In this document: piece by piece, positions 9,002 through 17,891 of the stretch | How positions within the stretch are numbered: the first letter of the stretch is position 1 | Layout: every line of letters starts with the position of its first letter | Assembly: GCA_002898355.1 (NCBI GenBank) | Contig: BEHD01000009.1 | Location: 21,124 to 85,123 of the forward strand | Length of the DNA stretch: 64,000 bases | Direction of reading: 5' to 3' | Source of the DNA: an archaeon HR01 | Lineage (GTDB): Archaea > Thermoproteota > Nitrososphaeria_A > Caldarchaeales > Caldarchaeaceae | The notes under the pieces: generated by a model | Databases searched by the model: none | Seen by the model: only the letters and a program-made list of their open reading frames with translations | Told to the model about the DNA's origin: nothing | Position numbers and translations under genes: made by a program

Positions 9002-9799
9002 ATGGTCCAGATAAGAGGAACCCTTTTAGCGCCTTTCTTCTTCTGGGCGGTGGGCGGGGTAATCGCCTTCCTAGCCATAACAGCCGCCGTCAACCCCGCA
9101 GGACCATATCTAGGCGTGGCCCAGTCACCCCAGCGGATAGCCTACTGGCATAGCTACGTCTTCCTAGTAGAACTTCCCATAGCACTACTGCTGGTAATGG
9201 CTTTTCTGAGGAGGGAGGAATGGAGGGCGCCACCCGGACGTTATGTCCCGGGCAGGAAATACCCAGCCCTCTCCACATGGCATCTCACAGCCATAGCCAT
9301 CATGGCAGCCTTCTACGCCGGAACAGGATTCATCGTAGGCATAACCAACATAGACATCGTAGCGTTGGTCACAGCCCTCCTAGCAATATACTTCGGGCCT
9401 GCGGTAGCCTTCCTCTCCATAATCGTGGGAGCCCTGATAAGATTTGCGCTGGGAGGGCTACCGTTCGTAGCACCCGCAGGCATCCTAGCCTTCGCAGTCT
9501 CCGACGCCTGCAGATGGGCCATCATAGGCTCGGTATACTGGTTCCTAGTGAGGGCTAGGGGAAGAGGCGTAACGACCGCAGGCTACTGGCTCCTCATGAT
9601 TCCCGTCGCCCTCCTAGTCCACGGCGGCTCTATCATAATGAGCTTCTGGTCTCAGGGGCCGTTCGAATGGGTTGTAGGCCAAGTCTCCTTCATGGCGTTC
9701 TGGTACCCCACCTCCATCATATCATATGTTATCGGTATGGCTGCTGCGGAGGGGCTTCACAGGACTACTGTGAGACGGCCTACAGCTGTGAAGGCCTAA
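9002..9799 (+). CDS. Polytopic membrane protein, function unknown (ECF-S-like feel)
   Basis: ORF track 265 aa, about 7 hydrophobic segments. Antisense and overlapping ORFs are compositional shadows. Confidence 0.6.
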   Translation: MVQIRGTLLAPFFFWAVGGVIAFLAITAAVNPAGPYLGVAQSPQRIAYWHSYVFLVELPIALLLVMAFLRREEWRAPPGRYVPGRKYPALSTWHLTAIAIMAAFYAGTGFIVGITNIDIVALVTALLAIYFGPAVAFLSIIVGALIRFALGGLPFVAPAGILAFAVSDACRWAIIGSVYWFLVRARGRGVTTAGYWLLMIPVALLVHGGSIIMSFWSQGPFEWVVGQVSFMAFWYPTSIISYVIGMAAAEGLHRTTVRRPTAVKA

Positions 9800-9901
9800 A
9801 CACCCCCCTTTTTTGCTTTTCTCCATCTTCACCGACCTCTTTTTGGTAAAGCGGCTGGACTCCCACATATAATAGAGCCACAGACAAGCCTCCTAGGACT
9901 T

Positions 9902-10284
9902 TTACCATTGCCTAATGTTTATTGTTGTGATCTCTTGGAAGTGTTTGTCTTTAGTTATTATTGTTTCCCTGCTATGTTGTACTATAGCCGCGATTAGTAT
10001 ATCAAACTCACTGAGCATTTTCTCAAGTCGCCATATATCATTCCCGCTATTTCGCAAGTATTCATGTCTAGACCTAGTATAGTTACGCTGTGGAGTAGCT
10101 GCTTCACTATCTCGATATTCTCGGCTGCTTTACTTGAGATCGCTGCACCTTTAAGAAGCTCGTAGACGGTTATTGTCGTAGTTTTAAACTGCTCGCCCAT
10201 TCTTTGCAGCTCCTCCACAGTCTCTACAGCCTTATTATCCCCCCGGAGCAGGGCTACGATTATGTCGGTATCCAGGCATACCAT
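9902..10284 (-). pseudogene. vapC: PIN-domain toxin VapC, interrupted by a frameshift
   Basis: ORF 9994..10284 gives MVCLDTDIIVALLRG..GDLRKCSVSLIY*. The next frame continues KMLSEFDILIAAIVQHSRETIITKDKHFQEITTINIRQW*, the conserved PIN C-terminus, and stops at 9902-9904. The frames switch near the A4 run at about 10018-10021. Confidence 0.65.
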
Positions 10285-10503
10285 CTAGATGGATACCTCC
10301 CTTGACTCAGCTTTTTCCCTTTCACGCATGATTATGTCAAACACATCGTCTATATCATCGCCAGCCCACCTACCCGCAAACTCTGACAAGGGCCTATACT
10401 TCGCCTGACCCACGAGGCGTAGTACCACATCGGAAAACGACTCGCCTTCTCTCTTCATTCTTTTAAGGGCTGCATAGGCCTCGTCCGAGAGTGATATTAC
10501 CAC
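10285..10503 (-). CDS. vapB: VapB-type antitoxin (archaeal PF02697/DUF217-like)
   Basis: ORF track 72 aa, MVISLSDEAYAALKRMKREGESFSDVVLRLV. Its stop abuts the vapC start. Confidence 0.7.
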   Translation of the reverse strand: MVISLSDEAYAALKRMKREGESFSDVVLRLVGQAKYRPLSEFAGRWAGDDIDDVFDIIMREREKAESREVSI

Positions 10504-10710
10504 CCTACAAGTTCTTCAGTATCTAAAGGAGAGAACCATGGTATTCCACAACAGATTAAGCGCAAGAAACCACACGCAAGGAATAGAGAACCTAAACCTC
10601 TTCACAATATACTATCATGCTATGGAAAATGGAGGTGGGTAGAAATGCTTATCCGGACACTATCGCTCGGTGTATGGTAAGGTTTTTAAGGAGTGTTAGG
10701 CGTTGTGGGG

Positions 10711-10941
10711 ATGAGGACCGTCTTGAGTGAAGATTATTTAATAGTTTCTGACCCCGCTATCTGTGGTGGTAAGCCGGTAGTTAGGGGGACCAGGGTTCCT
10801 GTGCAGTATATCCTGGAGCTTTGGGAGAGGGGTTATAGCGTTGAGGACATACATGAGCAGTATCCGACAGTCCCTAAAGAAATCATTAAGAAGGTCATCG
10901 AATACCTCGCAGAGAATAAGGTGTTCAAGATTACTCAATAA
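10711..10941 (+). CDS. DUF433 domain protein (putative antitoxin/HTH partner)
   Basis: ORF track 10693..10941; ATG 10711. DPAICGGKPVVRGTRVPVQYILELWERGYSVEDI is the DUF433 signature. Confidence 0.75.
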   Translation: MRTVLSEDYLIVSDPAICGGKPVVRGTRVPVQYILELWERGYSVEDIHEQYPTVPKEIIKKVIEYLAENKVFKITQ

Positions 10942-10970
10942 CAATTTTTAGCCGTGTTGCTTTGTTAGAA

Positions 10971-11327
10971 ATGGCTGAGGAATTATCCTTTATTGCGGAT
11001 GAGAACATTCCTTCCCAGGTAGTGAGGGAGCTTAGGCGTGCGGGATATAGAGTTGCCACAGTAGACCAGATAGCGAGGCCAGGCATAAGGAACGACGAGC
11101 TAGCAAGCCTATCCATCAAGCATGGCATGATTATAATAACCCGAGACGTTGATTTCACCCGGCTTAAACTAGACCTTATGAGAAAAATTAAGGCCGTATA
11201 CGTCAAGCTCAGGATGGAGCCAGACAAAATGGCAGAGTACATATTAAATAACCTGAGTAGCTGTATTGAAAAACTGTCAACAGCTAACGTAGTCATTCTA
11301 GATGAGGAAGGCTGTCATGCAATTTAA
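10971..11327 (+). CDS. DUF5615 (PIN-like) protein, partner of DUF433
   Basis: ORF track 10962..11327; ATG 10971. FIADENIPSQVVRELRRAGYRVATV..IIITRDVDF matches the DUF5615/PIN-like family, which is usually paired with DUF433. Confidence 0.7.
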   Translation: MAEELSFIADENIPSQVVRELRRAGYRVATVDQIARPGIRNDELASLSIKHGMIIITRDVDFTRLKLDLMRKIKAVYVKLRMEPDKMAEYILNNLSSCIEKLSTANVVILDEEGCHAI

Positions 11328-11470
11328 GACGACGCAAGCTCCAAAGCTTTACCGATCTTAGCCTAAATTCCATGAACAAACTAATTTATCCATCCCGTGA
11401 CAGTCGGAGGATTTTTCGACATGCTCTCCCAAACACTACATATAAATAGTGTCAACCAGAGTCCTAGGAT

Positions 11471-12274
11471 ATGTCAGAGCTTATACAGAGTGTTCTGGCA
11501 GGCCTCCGCGTCTACGATCTGGGACAGCCCTACTTTAACGGTATGCCGGTCCACCCCGAGGACCCGCCCTTCAGCATGGTGATTTACCGCTACCACGAAT
11601 ATACAAGGCAGCTCTTCGAGAAGGTGGCTCCCGGCTTCTCGGATTCGATGGAGCTGGTTATAACGAGTATGCATTCGGGGACCCATATAGACTCCAGATG
11701 CCACATGGCCCGTAACGGCCTCCTCCACAACGGTGTGAAAGCCTCCGAGATAGTGAGGCATACGGGCTATACGAGGTATGGTACTGAGGAGATACCCATA
11801 TACTTTACTAGGGCTGTCCTCCTCGACGTGCCCGGCTTTAAGGGGTTGGATATCCTCCCGCCTAGGTATGGGATAACCGCTTCAGACCTTGAGGGGTGTA
11901 TGCGCTGGGAGAATGTGGAGATTGGTAGGGGTGACGCGGTGTTGGTTAGGACTGGATATTCGAGGTATTTCACCACGGATAAGGAGAAGTATCTCCATGA
12001 CTTTGCGGGGATAACCGAGGAGAGTGCTTCATGGCTTATCGGGAGGGGTGTTTCGCTTCTCGGGATAGATAACCTGGCCATGGCTGTGCCGAAACCCTTC
12101 CAGGTTCATCTGATGTTTCTGGTGGATGCGGGGACCCATGTGATGAAGAGCCTCTACCTGGAGGAGCTGGCCAGGGACAGGCAGTATGTCTCCATCTTGG
12201 TGGTGGCGCCTCTGAAGATTTTGGGTGGGACGGGGTCTCTGGTGAGGCCTGTGGCTTTAGCTCCGAGGAAGTAG
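11471..12274 (+). CDS. Cyclase-family protein (kynurenine formamidase-like, PF04199)
   Basis: ORF track 267 aa. HSGTHIDSRCH metal motif. TATA CATATAAATAG about 25 nt upstream. Confidence 0.8.
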   Translation: MSELIQSVLAGLRVYDLGQPYFNGMPVHPEDPPFSMVIYRYHEYTRQLFEKVAPGFSDSMELVITSMHSGTHIDSRCHMARNGLLHNGVKASEIVRHTGYTRYGTEEIPIYFTRAVLLDVPGFKGLDILPPRYGITASDLEGCMRWENVEIGRGDAVLVRTGYSRYFTTDKEKYLHDFAGITEESASWLIGRGVSLLGIDNLAMAVPKPFQVHLMFLVDAGTHVMKSLYLEELARDRQYVSILVVAPLKILGGTGSLVRPVALAPRK

Positions 12275-12634
12275 CTAGTGGGTGAGGAGGCTGAGGGTTA
12301 GGACTGCGAAGACGAAGGCGGTTATCAGGATGAACTTCAGGTCTTTCACCGCTGCGAAGTATATCAGCGAGGTCAGGACTCTCGCATAGGGTGTCAGCAT
12401 TAGGAGGATTAGGCCGGCCGCTATGAGGGATTTGACGCCGGCCCCCATCACCGCCAGACCCTCCAGATATGCGTAGAAGCTGGGCGCGCTAACCCTGTAT
12501 TCCTCGGACAGCGATATCTCTAGGCCATGGGTGATGCTGTAGAGGGACACGCCTATGGCCAGTGTTGAGATGCTGGCCACCACACCGGTGAGGAGGACAA
12601 GGGAGAGGAGTTTCTCAAGCCTTTTCCCGTTCAT
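12275..12634 (-). CDS. DUF1634 membrane protein
   Basis: ORF track lists 12275..13060, but the first 142 codons are an Arg/Pro/His-rich out-of-frame overlap of the TauE gene. ATG 12634 (MNGKRLEKLLSLVLLTG) forms an ATGA overlap with the TauE stop. DUF1634 typically follows TauE. Confidence 0.7.
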   Translation of the reverse strand: MNGKRLEKLLSLVLLTGVVASISTLAIGVSLYSITHGLEISLSEEYRVSAPSFYAYLEGLAVMGAGVKSLIAAGLILLMLTPYARVLTSLIYFAAVKDLKFILITAFVFAVLTLSLLTH

Positions 12635-13455
12635 CCCATGACACCTCCGACAATCATGTGGGCCATGATGTAGAGGATTACTGCGAGGAATATTATTCGG
12701 GTGGTCTTGTTGCTGAGCTTGTTGAGGATTCTGGAGCCGAGGACGGCTCCCACCGTCGTGCCGATGGACATAGGTGCTGCGAGGCTTAGATATAGGAGGC
12801 CGGAGTCGAAGTATACGCTGGCCCCTGCTAGGGCGGTCATGCCTATTATGAAGCTGCTGGTGGCCGAGGATACTTTTGGAGGCATCTTCAGTATCAGCTC
12901 GTGTATGGAGACTTTGAAGGCTCCCGCACCTATTCCCAGCATGCCGGCCGCTATCCCTGCCACCAGCATCCCCCCTCCCGCAAGGATGGGTTTCGTCAAC
13001 CTGTAGCTGACCTCTCTGCCCAGCCTCTCGTCGTAGTAGCTGCCTGTAAGCCCTAGCCATCGGGCTGCCTTATCCTGCTCAACGTCCGAGGGAGGCATGT
13101 CTGTTATACGCCTCATCCCTAGGAAGGATGTTAGGAGGAAGGCTGCGAAGAAGAAGTAGAGGAGCCTCGGCGCTATATAGAGTGTTATTGTTGCGCCTAT
13201 GATTGCTCCCACTATTGTGAACATTTCTAGATACATGGCGGCTTTCACGTCCGATAGCCCTCGGCGGACGTAGGAGGCTGCGGAGCCGCTTGAGGTCGCT
13301 ATGATTGTTATCAATCCGGCTGCTATGGCGTTTTTGATGGGTATGCCCATTAAGGTGAGAAGGGGTGTGGTGATGCTGGCTCCTCCCAGGCCGGTTATAG
13401 AGCCTATGAGCCCTGCTAGGAATGAGATGGCTAGTACTTCGGCCAGCCCTACCAT
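12631..13455 (-). CDS. Sulfite exporter TauE/SafE family permease
   Basis: ORF track 274 aa. Duplicated 4-TM halves with G-rich motifs (GLGGASITTP, GIGAGAFKV). Confidence 0.8.
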   Translation of the reverse strand: MVGLAEVLAISFLAGLIGSITGLGGASITTPLLTLMGIPIKNAIAAGLITIIATSSGSAASYVRRGLSDVKAAMYLEMFTIVGAIIGATITLYIAPRLLYFFFAAFLLTSFLGMRRITDMPPSDVEQDKAARWLGLTGSYYDERLGREVSYRLTKPILAGGGMLVAGIAAGMLGIGAGAFKVSIHELILKMPPKVSSATSSFIIGMTALAGASVYFDSGLLYLSLAAPMSIGTTVGAVLGSRILNKLSNKTTRIIFLAVILYIMAHMIVGGVMG

Positions 13456-13562
13456 GTGGTGGGAGACCCCGGCCTGTTATTAATTAATTATTTGTCCGGA
13501 GGTGTTAGGCATCGTAACGCTAAATAATGAAGTTGTTGGTGGTTGTGGGTAGGTGAACGGGT

Positions 13563-13967
13563 CTGTCGGAGGCGCAGTTTGAGATAATCCTCGACCATTA
13601 CAGGAATCCGAGGAACTATGGGGAGCTGGCAGACGCCACCGTTAAGGTGAAGGATTCAAACCCTCTATGTGGTGACGTGGTGGAGGTATATCTCAAGATT
13701 GATGAGGAGGGCAGGGTTGTGAAGGCGTCCTTCAGGGGTCATGGATGCGCTATCAGCCAGGCCTCAGCCTCTATGCTCATCGAGTCTATCCAGAACAGGC
13801 ATGTAAGTGATTTGGTGAAGCTGGGCAGGCAGGACATCTTCAACATGCTGGGTGTCGAGGTGGGGCCTGTCAGAGTCAAGTGTGCGCTCCTATCCCTCAA
13901 GGCGGTCAAGACAGCCGCCTACTCCTATCTCGGCGAGAAGATGGATGCGGAGGAGTTTAAGGAGTAG
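13563..13967 (+). CDS. SufU/IscU-like Fe-S cluster scaffold; start codon unresolved
   Basis: ORF track starts at GTG 13647, but the in-frame upstream codons encode LSEAQFEIILDHYRNPRNYGELADATVKV, the conserved SufU N-terminus. NPLCGD, GHGCAISQAS and VKCALL are present. There is no ATG/GTG/TTG between the TGA at 13554 and 13647. CTG 13563 lies 6 nt after a GGTGA SD-like motif. Confidence 0.7.
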   Translation: MSEAQFEIILDHYRNPRNYGELADATVKVKDSNPLCGDVVEVYLKIDEEGRVVKASFRGHGCAISQASASMLIESIQNRHVSDLVKLGRQDIFNMLGVEVGPVRVKCALLSLKAVKTAAYSYLGEKMDAEEFKE

Positions 13968-14006
13968 ATAATGCTTTAATTAGATGATGCCTTACATCGG
14001 ATAGGT

Positions 14007-15176
14007 TTGAAGCTGGTCAAGGACCCCGTCCACGGCTACATCACCTTCACAGATCAGGAGATGCAGCTGGTGGATACGTATGCCTTCCAGAGGCTTCGGC
14101 GTATCAGCCAGCTTCCCTTCGTGTATCTGGTGTATCCCGGTGCTAGACATAGCAGGTATGACCATTCGCTGGGGTGCTTCCATCTGGCCGGGGAGTTCGC
14201 ACTACATCTTGGTCTGGACAGCTACGAGGCTGCGCTGCTTAAGACAGCGGCTCTCCTCCACGACCTAGGCCACACGCCGTACTCGCATCTTCTGGAGAGT
14301 CTTCTCGCTGAGAGGGGTGTGGCTCATGAGGAGTTGAGCGCCAAGATTATACTGGAGGATGAGGAGGTGGGTAGCCGGCTTGAGTCCTGCGGTGTCTCGG
14401 CCGAGGATGTGGTGAAGGTGTTGAGGGGTGGGAGTAGGCTTAGCCATCTGATTTCGGGGCCGCTGGATGTGGACAGGCTTGACTTCCTTGTCAGAGACGC
14501 ATACTTCACAGGGGCCACATACGGCGTGATAGACCTCAGACGGGTTATCATGCTCACCACACTTTACGATGATGGCCCGGCGGTGGATATCAGAGGTATC
14601 GGAGCGGTGGAGGAGCTGGCCCTTGCACGGTACCACTCATTCGTGAACATCTACTTCCACCATGCCGCTAGGGCGGCCCAAATCCTCTTCCTACACGGCG
14701 CCGAGAAGATTCCCGAGCTCGCCGACCTGGCCAGCAAAAGCGTATCGGAGTATCTTAGGTATGATGATTTCTCGGTCTGGTGTCTTATGAAGAGCTATGG
14801 CGAGACCCGCTGGGTTATAGATAGGCTGGAGAGGAGGATGCTACCCCGTAAAGTCTATGAGAGGACTGTGATGGGGGAGATGGATTCTCTGGGGATTCAT
14901 AGAAGGAGAAGGGAGCTGGAATACACCATAGCTGAGGAGTGCGGGGTTGAGCCTGACAAGGTCTTTGTAGACTCTTCACTGGCTCCACCCCTCACCAAGT
15001 ATGGCCCGAGCGAGATAAGATTATGCTCCGACGGAAAACTGGTTGTGGTGGACTCATGGATATTGAGGGAGCTGTCCAAGCCCATACACGTGGTGAGGGT
15101 CTATGTTGATAGAACTGTGGAGAAGGTTGAGAGGGTTTCCGAAATGGCTGAGAGGGTTATCTCATCCTCCTCATAA
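14007..15176 (+). CDS. HD-domain phosphohydrolase (dNTP triphosphohydrolase/SAMHD1-like family)
   Basis: ORF track 389 aa. VKDPVHGYI..FQRLRRISQL..RYDHSLG..LLHDLGHTPYSH..DVDRLDFLVRD. Confidence 0.8.
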   Translation: MKLVKDPVHGYITFTDQEMQLVDTYAFQRLRRISQLPFVYLVYPGARHSRYDHSLGCFHLAGEFALHLGLDSYEAALLKTAALLHDLGHTPYSHLLESLLAERGVAHEELSAKIILEDEEVGSRLESCGVSAEDVVKVLRGGSRLSHLISGPLDVDRLDFLVRDAYFTGATYGVIDLRRVIMLTTLYDDGPAVDIRGIGAVEELALARYHSFVNIYFHHAARAAQILFLHGAEKIPELADLASKSVSEYLRYDDFSVWCLMKSYGETRWVIDRLERRMLPRKVYERTVMGEMDSLGIHRRRRELEYTIAEECGVEPDKVFVDSSLAPPLTKYGPSEIRLCSDGKLVVVDSWILRELSKPIHVVRVYVDRTVEKVERVSEMAERVISSSS

Positions 15177-15759
15177 CTACCTTGATTATCCTCTCAGCTA
15201 TCTCACTCCTGCTTCCACGGCCGTCAACCCTCACCATCCTCCCACCCCTAACAAGCCTGAGATACTCCATCCTCACAGCGTTGAGAAAACGTCTCCGCTC
15301 ATAAAGCTCCACCTTTTTCATCCCAATCCTTCCCAGCGATGTTTCGACAGGCAGGTCTATGAATATTGATAGGTCCGGCTCCGGCGCCAGACTGTTTATC
15401 GCCTCCACCCATTCACGCCTGCCAGTCGCAGCCGACTGATAGGCTATCGATGAGTGGATATATCGGTCTGACACTATCGTCAACCCTCTGGCGAGGCCTG
15501 GATATATGAAATTCTTCAGATGTTCAAGCCTGTCCGCTGCGAAGAGAAGGGCTACAGACTCCTCGGAGAGGCCTAGATTTTTTCTTAGATGTCTTCTGAC
15601 AAGTCTGCCCACCGGACTGTCGGAGGGCTCGCAGGTGTAGACCGCTTTAACACCCATTCTTTCCAGCTTTCTCACCAACAGCCGGGCCTGGGTTGTTTTC
15701 CCAGCTCCATCCACGCCTTCCACAGCTATCAGATAGCCACGCCTACGCCCCAACCGCAT
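15157..15759 (-). CDS. tmk: Thymidylate (dTMP) kinase
   Basis: ORF track 200 aa. IAVEGVDGAGKTTQ P-loop, DRY motif (SDRYIHSSIAYQ). Confidence 0.85.
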   Translation of the reverse strand: MRLGRRRGYLIAVEGVDGAGKTTQARLLVRKLERMGVKAVYTCEPSDSPVGRLVRRHLRKNLGLSEESVALLFAADRLEHLKNFIYPGLARGLTIVSDRYIHSSIAYQSAATGRREWVEAINSLAPEPDLSIFIDLPVETSLGRIGMKKVELYERRRFLNAVRMEYLRLVRGGRMVRVDGRGSRSEIAERIIKVVMRRMR

Positions 15760-15817
15760 ACACCAGCCCAGAATTGTTACTCGTAAGATTTAAGAGGTCT
15801 CGAGAGACATTCAAACC

Positions 15818-17491
15818 ATGCAGGTTAGAGGGAGGATACATAGCGGCGACATAGCTGAGGGGGCCGAGAGGGCGCCCCAAAGGGCCATGCTACGTGCGGT
15901 CGGCCTCAGGGACGCTGACTTCTCAAAACCGTTCATAGGGATTGCCAGCACATGGAATGAGGTAACACCATGCAACCTCCACCTTGACGGCCTGGCTAAA
16001 AGGGCTAAGGCGGGTGTGTGGGATGCTGGAGGGGTTGGTATACAGTTCACGACGATAGCTGTTAGCGACGGCATCTCCATGAACACCGAAGGGATGAAGG
16101 GCTCCCTCATAAGCCGTGAGATAATAGCGGATAGCGTTGAGCTGATGGTCTTCACCCAGAGGTTTGACGGCTTTGTAGGGATAGCGGGGTGTGATAAGAG
16201 CCTTCCTGGGCTGGCCATGGCTATGGCCCGTCTCAACCTTCCCTCGATATTCCTCTATGGAGGAACCATCATGCCTGGAAAATATGGTGGGAGGGACATA
16301 ACCATCCAGGATATGTATGAGGCTGTGGGCGCCTACAGCTCCGGCCAGATAACCCTACAGGAGCTTCTGGAGATGGAGAAGACCGCATGCCCAGGTGAGG
16401 GCTCCTGCGCGGGCCTATACACCGCCAACACCATGGCATCGGCCTTTGAGGCTTTGGGCATATCTCTTCCCGGGACCGCCTCTATCCCCGCAGTGGATGA
16501 GAGAATATACGAGGCGGCCTACAGGTGCGGCCAGCAGGTCATGAAGCTGGCTGAGAACGGCATCCGGGCCCGTGATATAATGACCTACGAGGCTTTCGAG
16601 AATGCTGTGGCTACTGTATGCGCTATGGGAGGCTCCACCAACAGCGTTCTGCATCTTCCAGCGATAGCCCATGAGGCCGGTGTGAAGCTTTCGATAGATG
16701 AGTTCGACAGGGTGAGCAGGAGAACCCCCCATATAGTGGATATGAGGCCGTCTGGGAGATATGTTATGGTGGACCTGGACAGGGTGGGAGGCGTCCCCGC
16801 AGTTCTGAGGAAGCTCCTCGACGCCGGCCTACTCCACGGCGACACCTTGACCGTGACAGGTAAGACAATGGCAGAGAACCTGAGGGAGTTCAGATATTCC
16901 GATGGCGGGGAGGTGGTCAGGCCTCTCACCAACCCAATACATCCCACGGGCGGCATAGCCATCCTTAGGGGTAATATAGCGCCGGAGGGTGCGGTGGTCA
17001 AAGCCTCAGGCTCAGCGGTCCAGACCTTCAGGGGGAGGGCGAGGGTCTTCAACTCCGAGGAGGAGGCCTACAGGTCTCTTCTGAAGAGGGAGATAGAGGC
17101 CGGAGATGTTGTGGTCATCAGATACGAGGGGCCACGTGGAGGGCCCGGCATGAGGGAGATGCTGGCTGTAACCGCGTTGGTGGTTGGTCAGGGGTTGAAG
17201 GAGAAGGTGGCCCTAGTAACTGATGGAAGATTCTCCGGAGCCACCCATGGGTTGATGGTGGGGCATGTGGCGCCTGAGGCGGCTGTCGGCGGCCCGATAG
17301 CGGCTCTGAGGGATGGGGACATAGTCGTGGTGGATGTCCCGAACCGCAGGCTCGACGTAGAGCTTGGACAGGAAGAGATTGAGAGGAGGCTGGCAGAGTG
17401 GAGGCCTCCACAGCCAAGATACACAACCGGTGTGCTGGCAAAATACGCAAAGCTTGTAGGCTCGTCGGCTAGAGGAGCTGTCTGCGGATAG
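15818..17491 (+). CDS. ilvD: Dihydroxy-acid dehydratase
   Basis: ORF track 557 aa. [33 protein letters not shown] and RFSGATHG family blocks. Confidence 0.9.
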   Translation: MQVRGRIHSGDIAEGAERAPQRAMLRAVGLRDADFSKPFIGIASTWNEVTPCNLHLDGLAKRAKAGVWDAGGVGIQFTTIAVSDGISMNTEGMKGSLISREIIADSVELMVFTQRFDGFVGIAGCDKSLPGLAMAMARLNLPSIFLYGGTIMPGKYGGRDITIQDMYEAVGAYSSGQITLQELLEMEKTACPGEGSCAGLYTANTMASAFEALGISLPGTASIPAVDERIYEAAYRCGQQVMKLAENGIRARDIMTYEAFENAVATVCAMGGSTNSVLHLPAIAHEAGVKLSIDEFDRVSRRTPHIVDMRPSGRYVMVDLDRVGGVPAVLRKLLDAGLLHGDTLTVTGKTMAENLREFRYSDGGEVVRPLTNPIHPTGGIAILRGNIAPEGAVVKASGSAVQTFRGRARVFNSEEEAYRSLLKREIEAGDVVVIRYEGPRGGPGMREMLAVTALVVGQGLKEKVALVTDGRFSGATHGLMVGHVAPEAAVGGPIAALRDGDIVVVDVPNRRLDVELGQEEIERRLAEWRPPQPRYTTGVLAKYAKLVGSSARGAVCG

Positions 17492-17525
17492 TGAAAAGCT
17501 TTTAATCCCCCCATCAGACGGAAGA

Positions 17526-17828
17526 ATGTTCGAGGGTGCTCCGCTCATGGCCCAGTCAAAGCAGGATTGGGAGAATAAGAGACAGCAGGTGGTCCAGATA
17601 CTGGAGACAATCATCAACGACATGGAGACCCCGAGAAACATACGCCGTATAGCAAAGCAGGCTTCGGAGGAGCTTTTCAACGAGAAATACGTCCCAGCCG
17701 TCCGAGCAGCCAACTCCATCGACATGATAGAGGAGATTATCAACGACCCTAACATGCCCAGCTTCACCCGCACCCAGCTCTGGATGGTGATAAGCATCCT
17801 CGAGACCATCAGGTCATCCCACAGCTAG
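17526..17828 (+). CDS. UPF0147 family protein
   Basis: ORF track 100 aa. TPRNIRRIAKQASEEL .. NDPNMPSFTRTQLWMVISILE matches the archaeal UPF0147 (PF03685) pattern from memory. Confidence 0.7.
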   Translation: MFEGAPLMAQSKQDWENKRQQVVQILETIINDMETPRNIRRIAKQASEELFNEKYVPAVRAANSIDMIEEIINDPNMPSFTRTQLWMVISILETIRSSHS

Positions 17829-17891
17829 CATTTTAGTAAAAAGTAAAAACAAACCATAAACAGAGATTATCAAAAATATCGGTGGAGACGT

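Noticed and set aside
9827-9839. 13-nt exact repeat CTTCACCGACCTC shared with 23863-23875 (with partly similar T-rich flanks), considered as a possible att/tRNA-fragment pair
   Set aside because: Exact 13-mers shared within 64 kb are expected by chance several times. The flanks diverge quickly, neither copy resembles a tRNA, and nothing between them looks like one integrated element.
12635-13060. N-terminal 142 codons of the 261-aa ORF 12275..13060
   Set aside because: The region is Arg/Pro/His/Gln-rich low-complexity sequence lying entirely inside the TauE gene in another frame. ATG 12634 gives a clean DUF1634-type membrane protein with an ATGA junction to TauE.
13554-13556. In-frame TGA in front of the SufU-like gene as selenocysteine or pyrrolysine-style recoding
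   Set aside because: I saw no SECIS-like hairpin. The codon lies N-terminal to the conserved domain where no Cys/Sec is expected, and it overlaps an SD-like GGTGA. A start-site or indel explanation is simpler.
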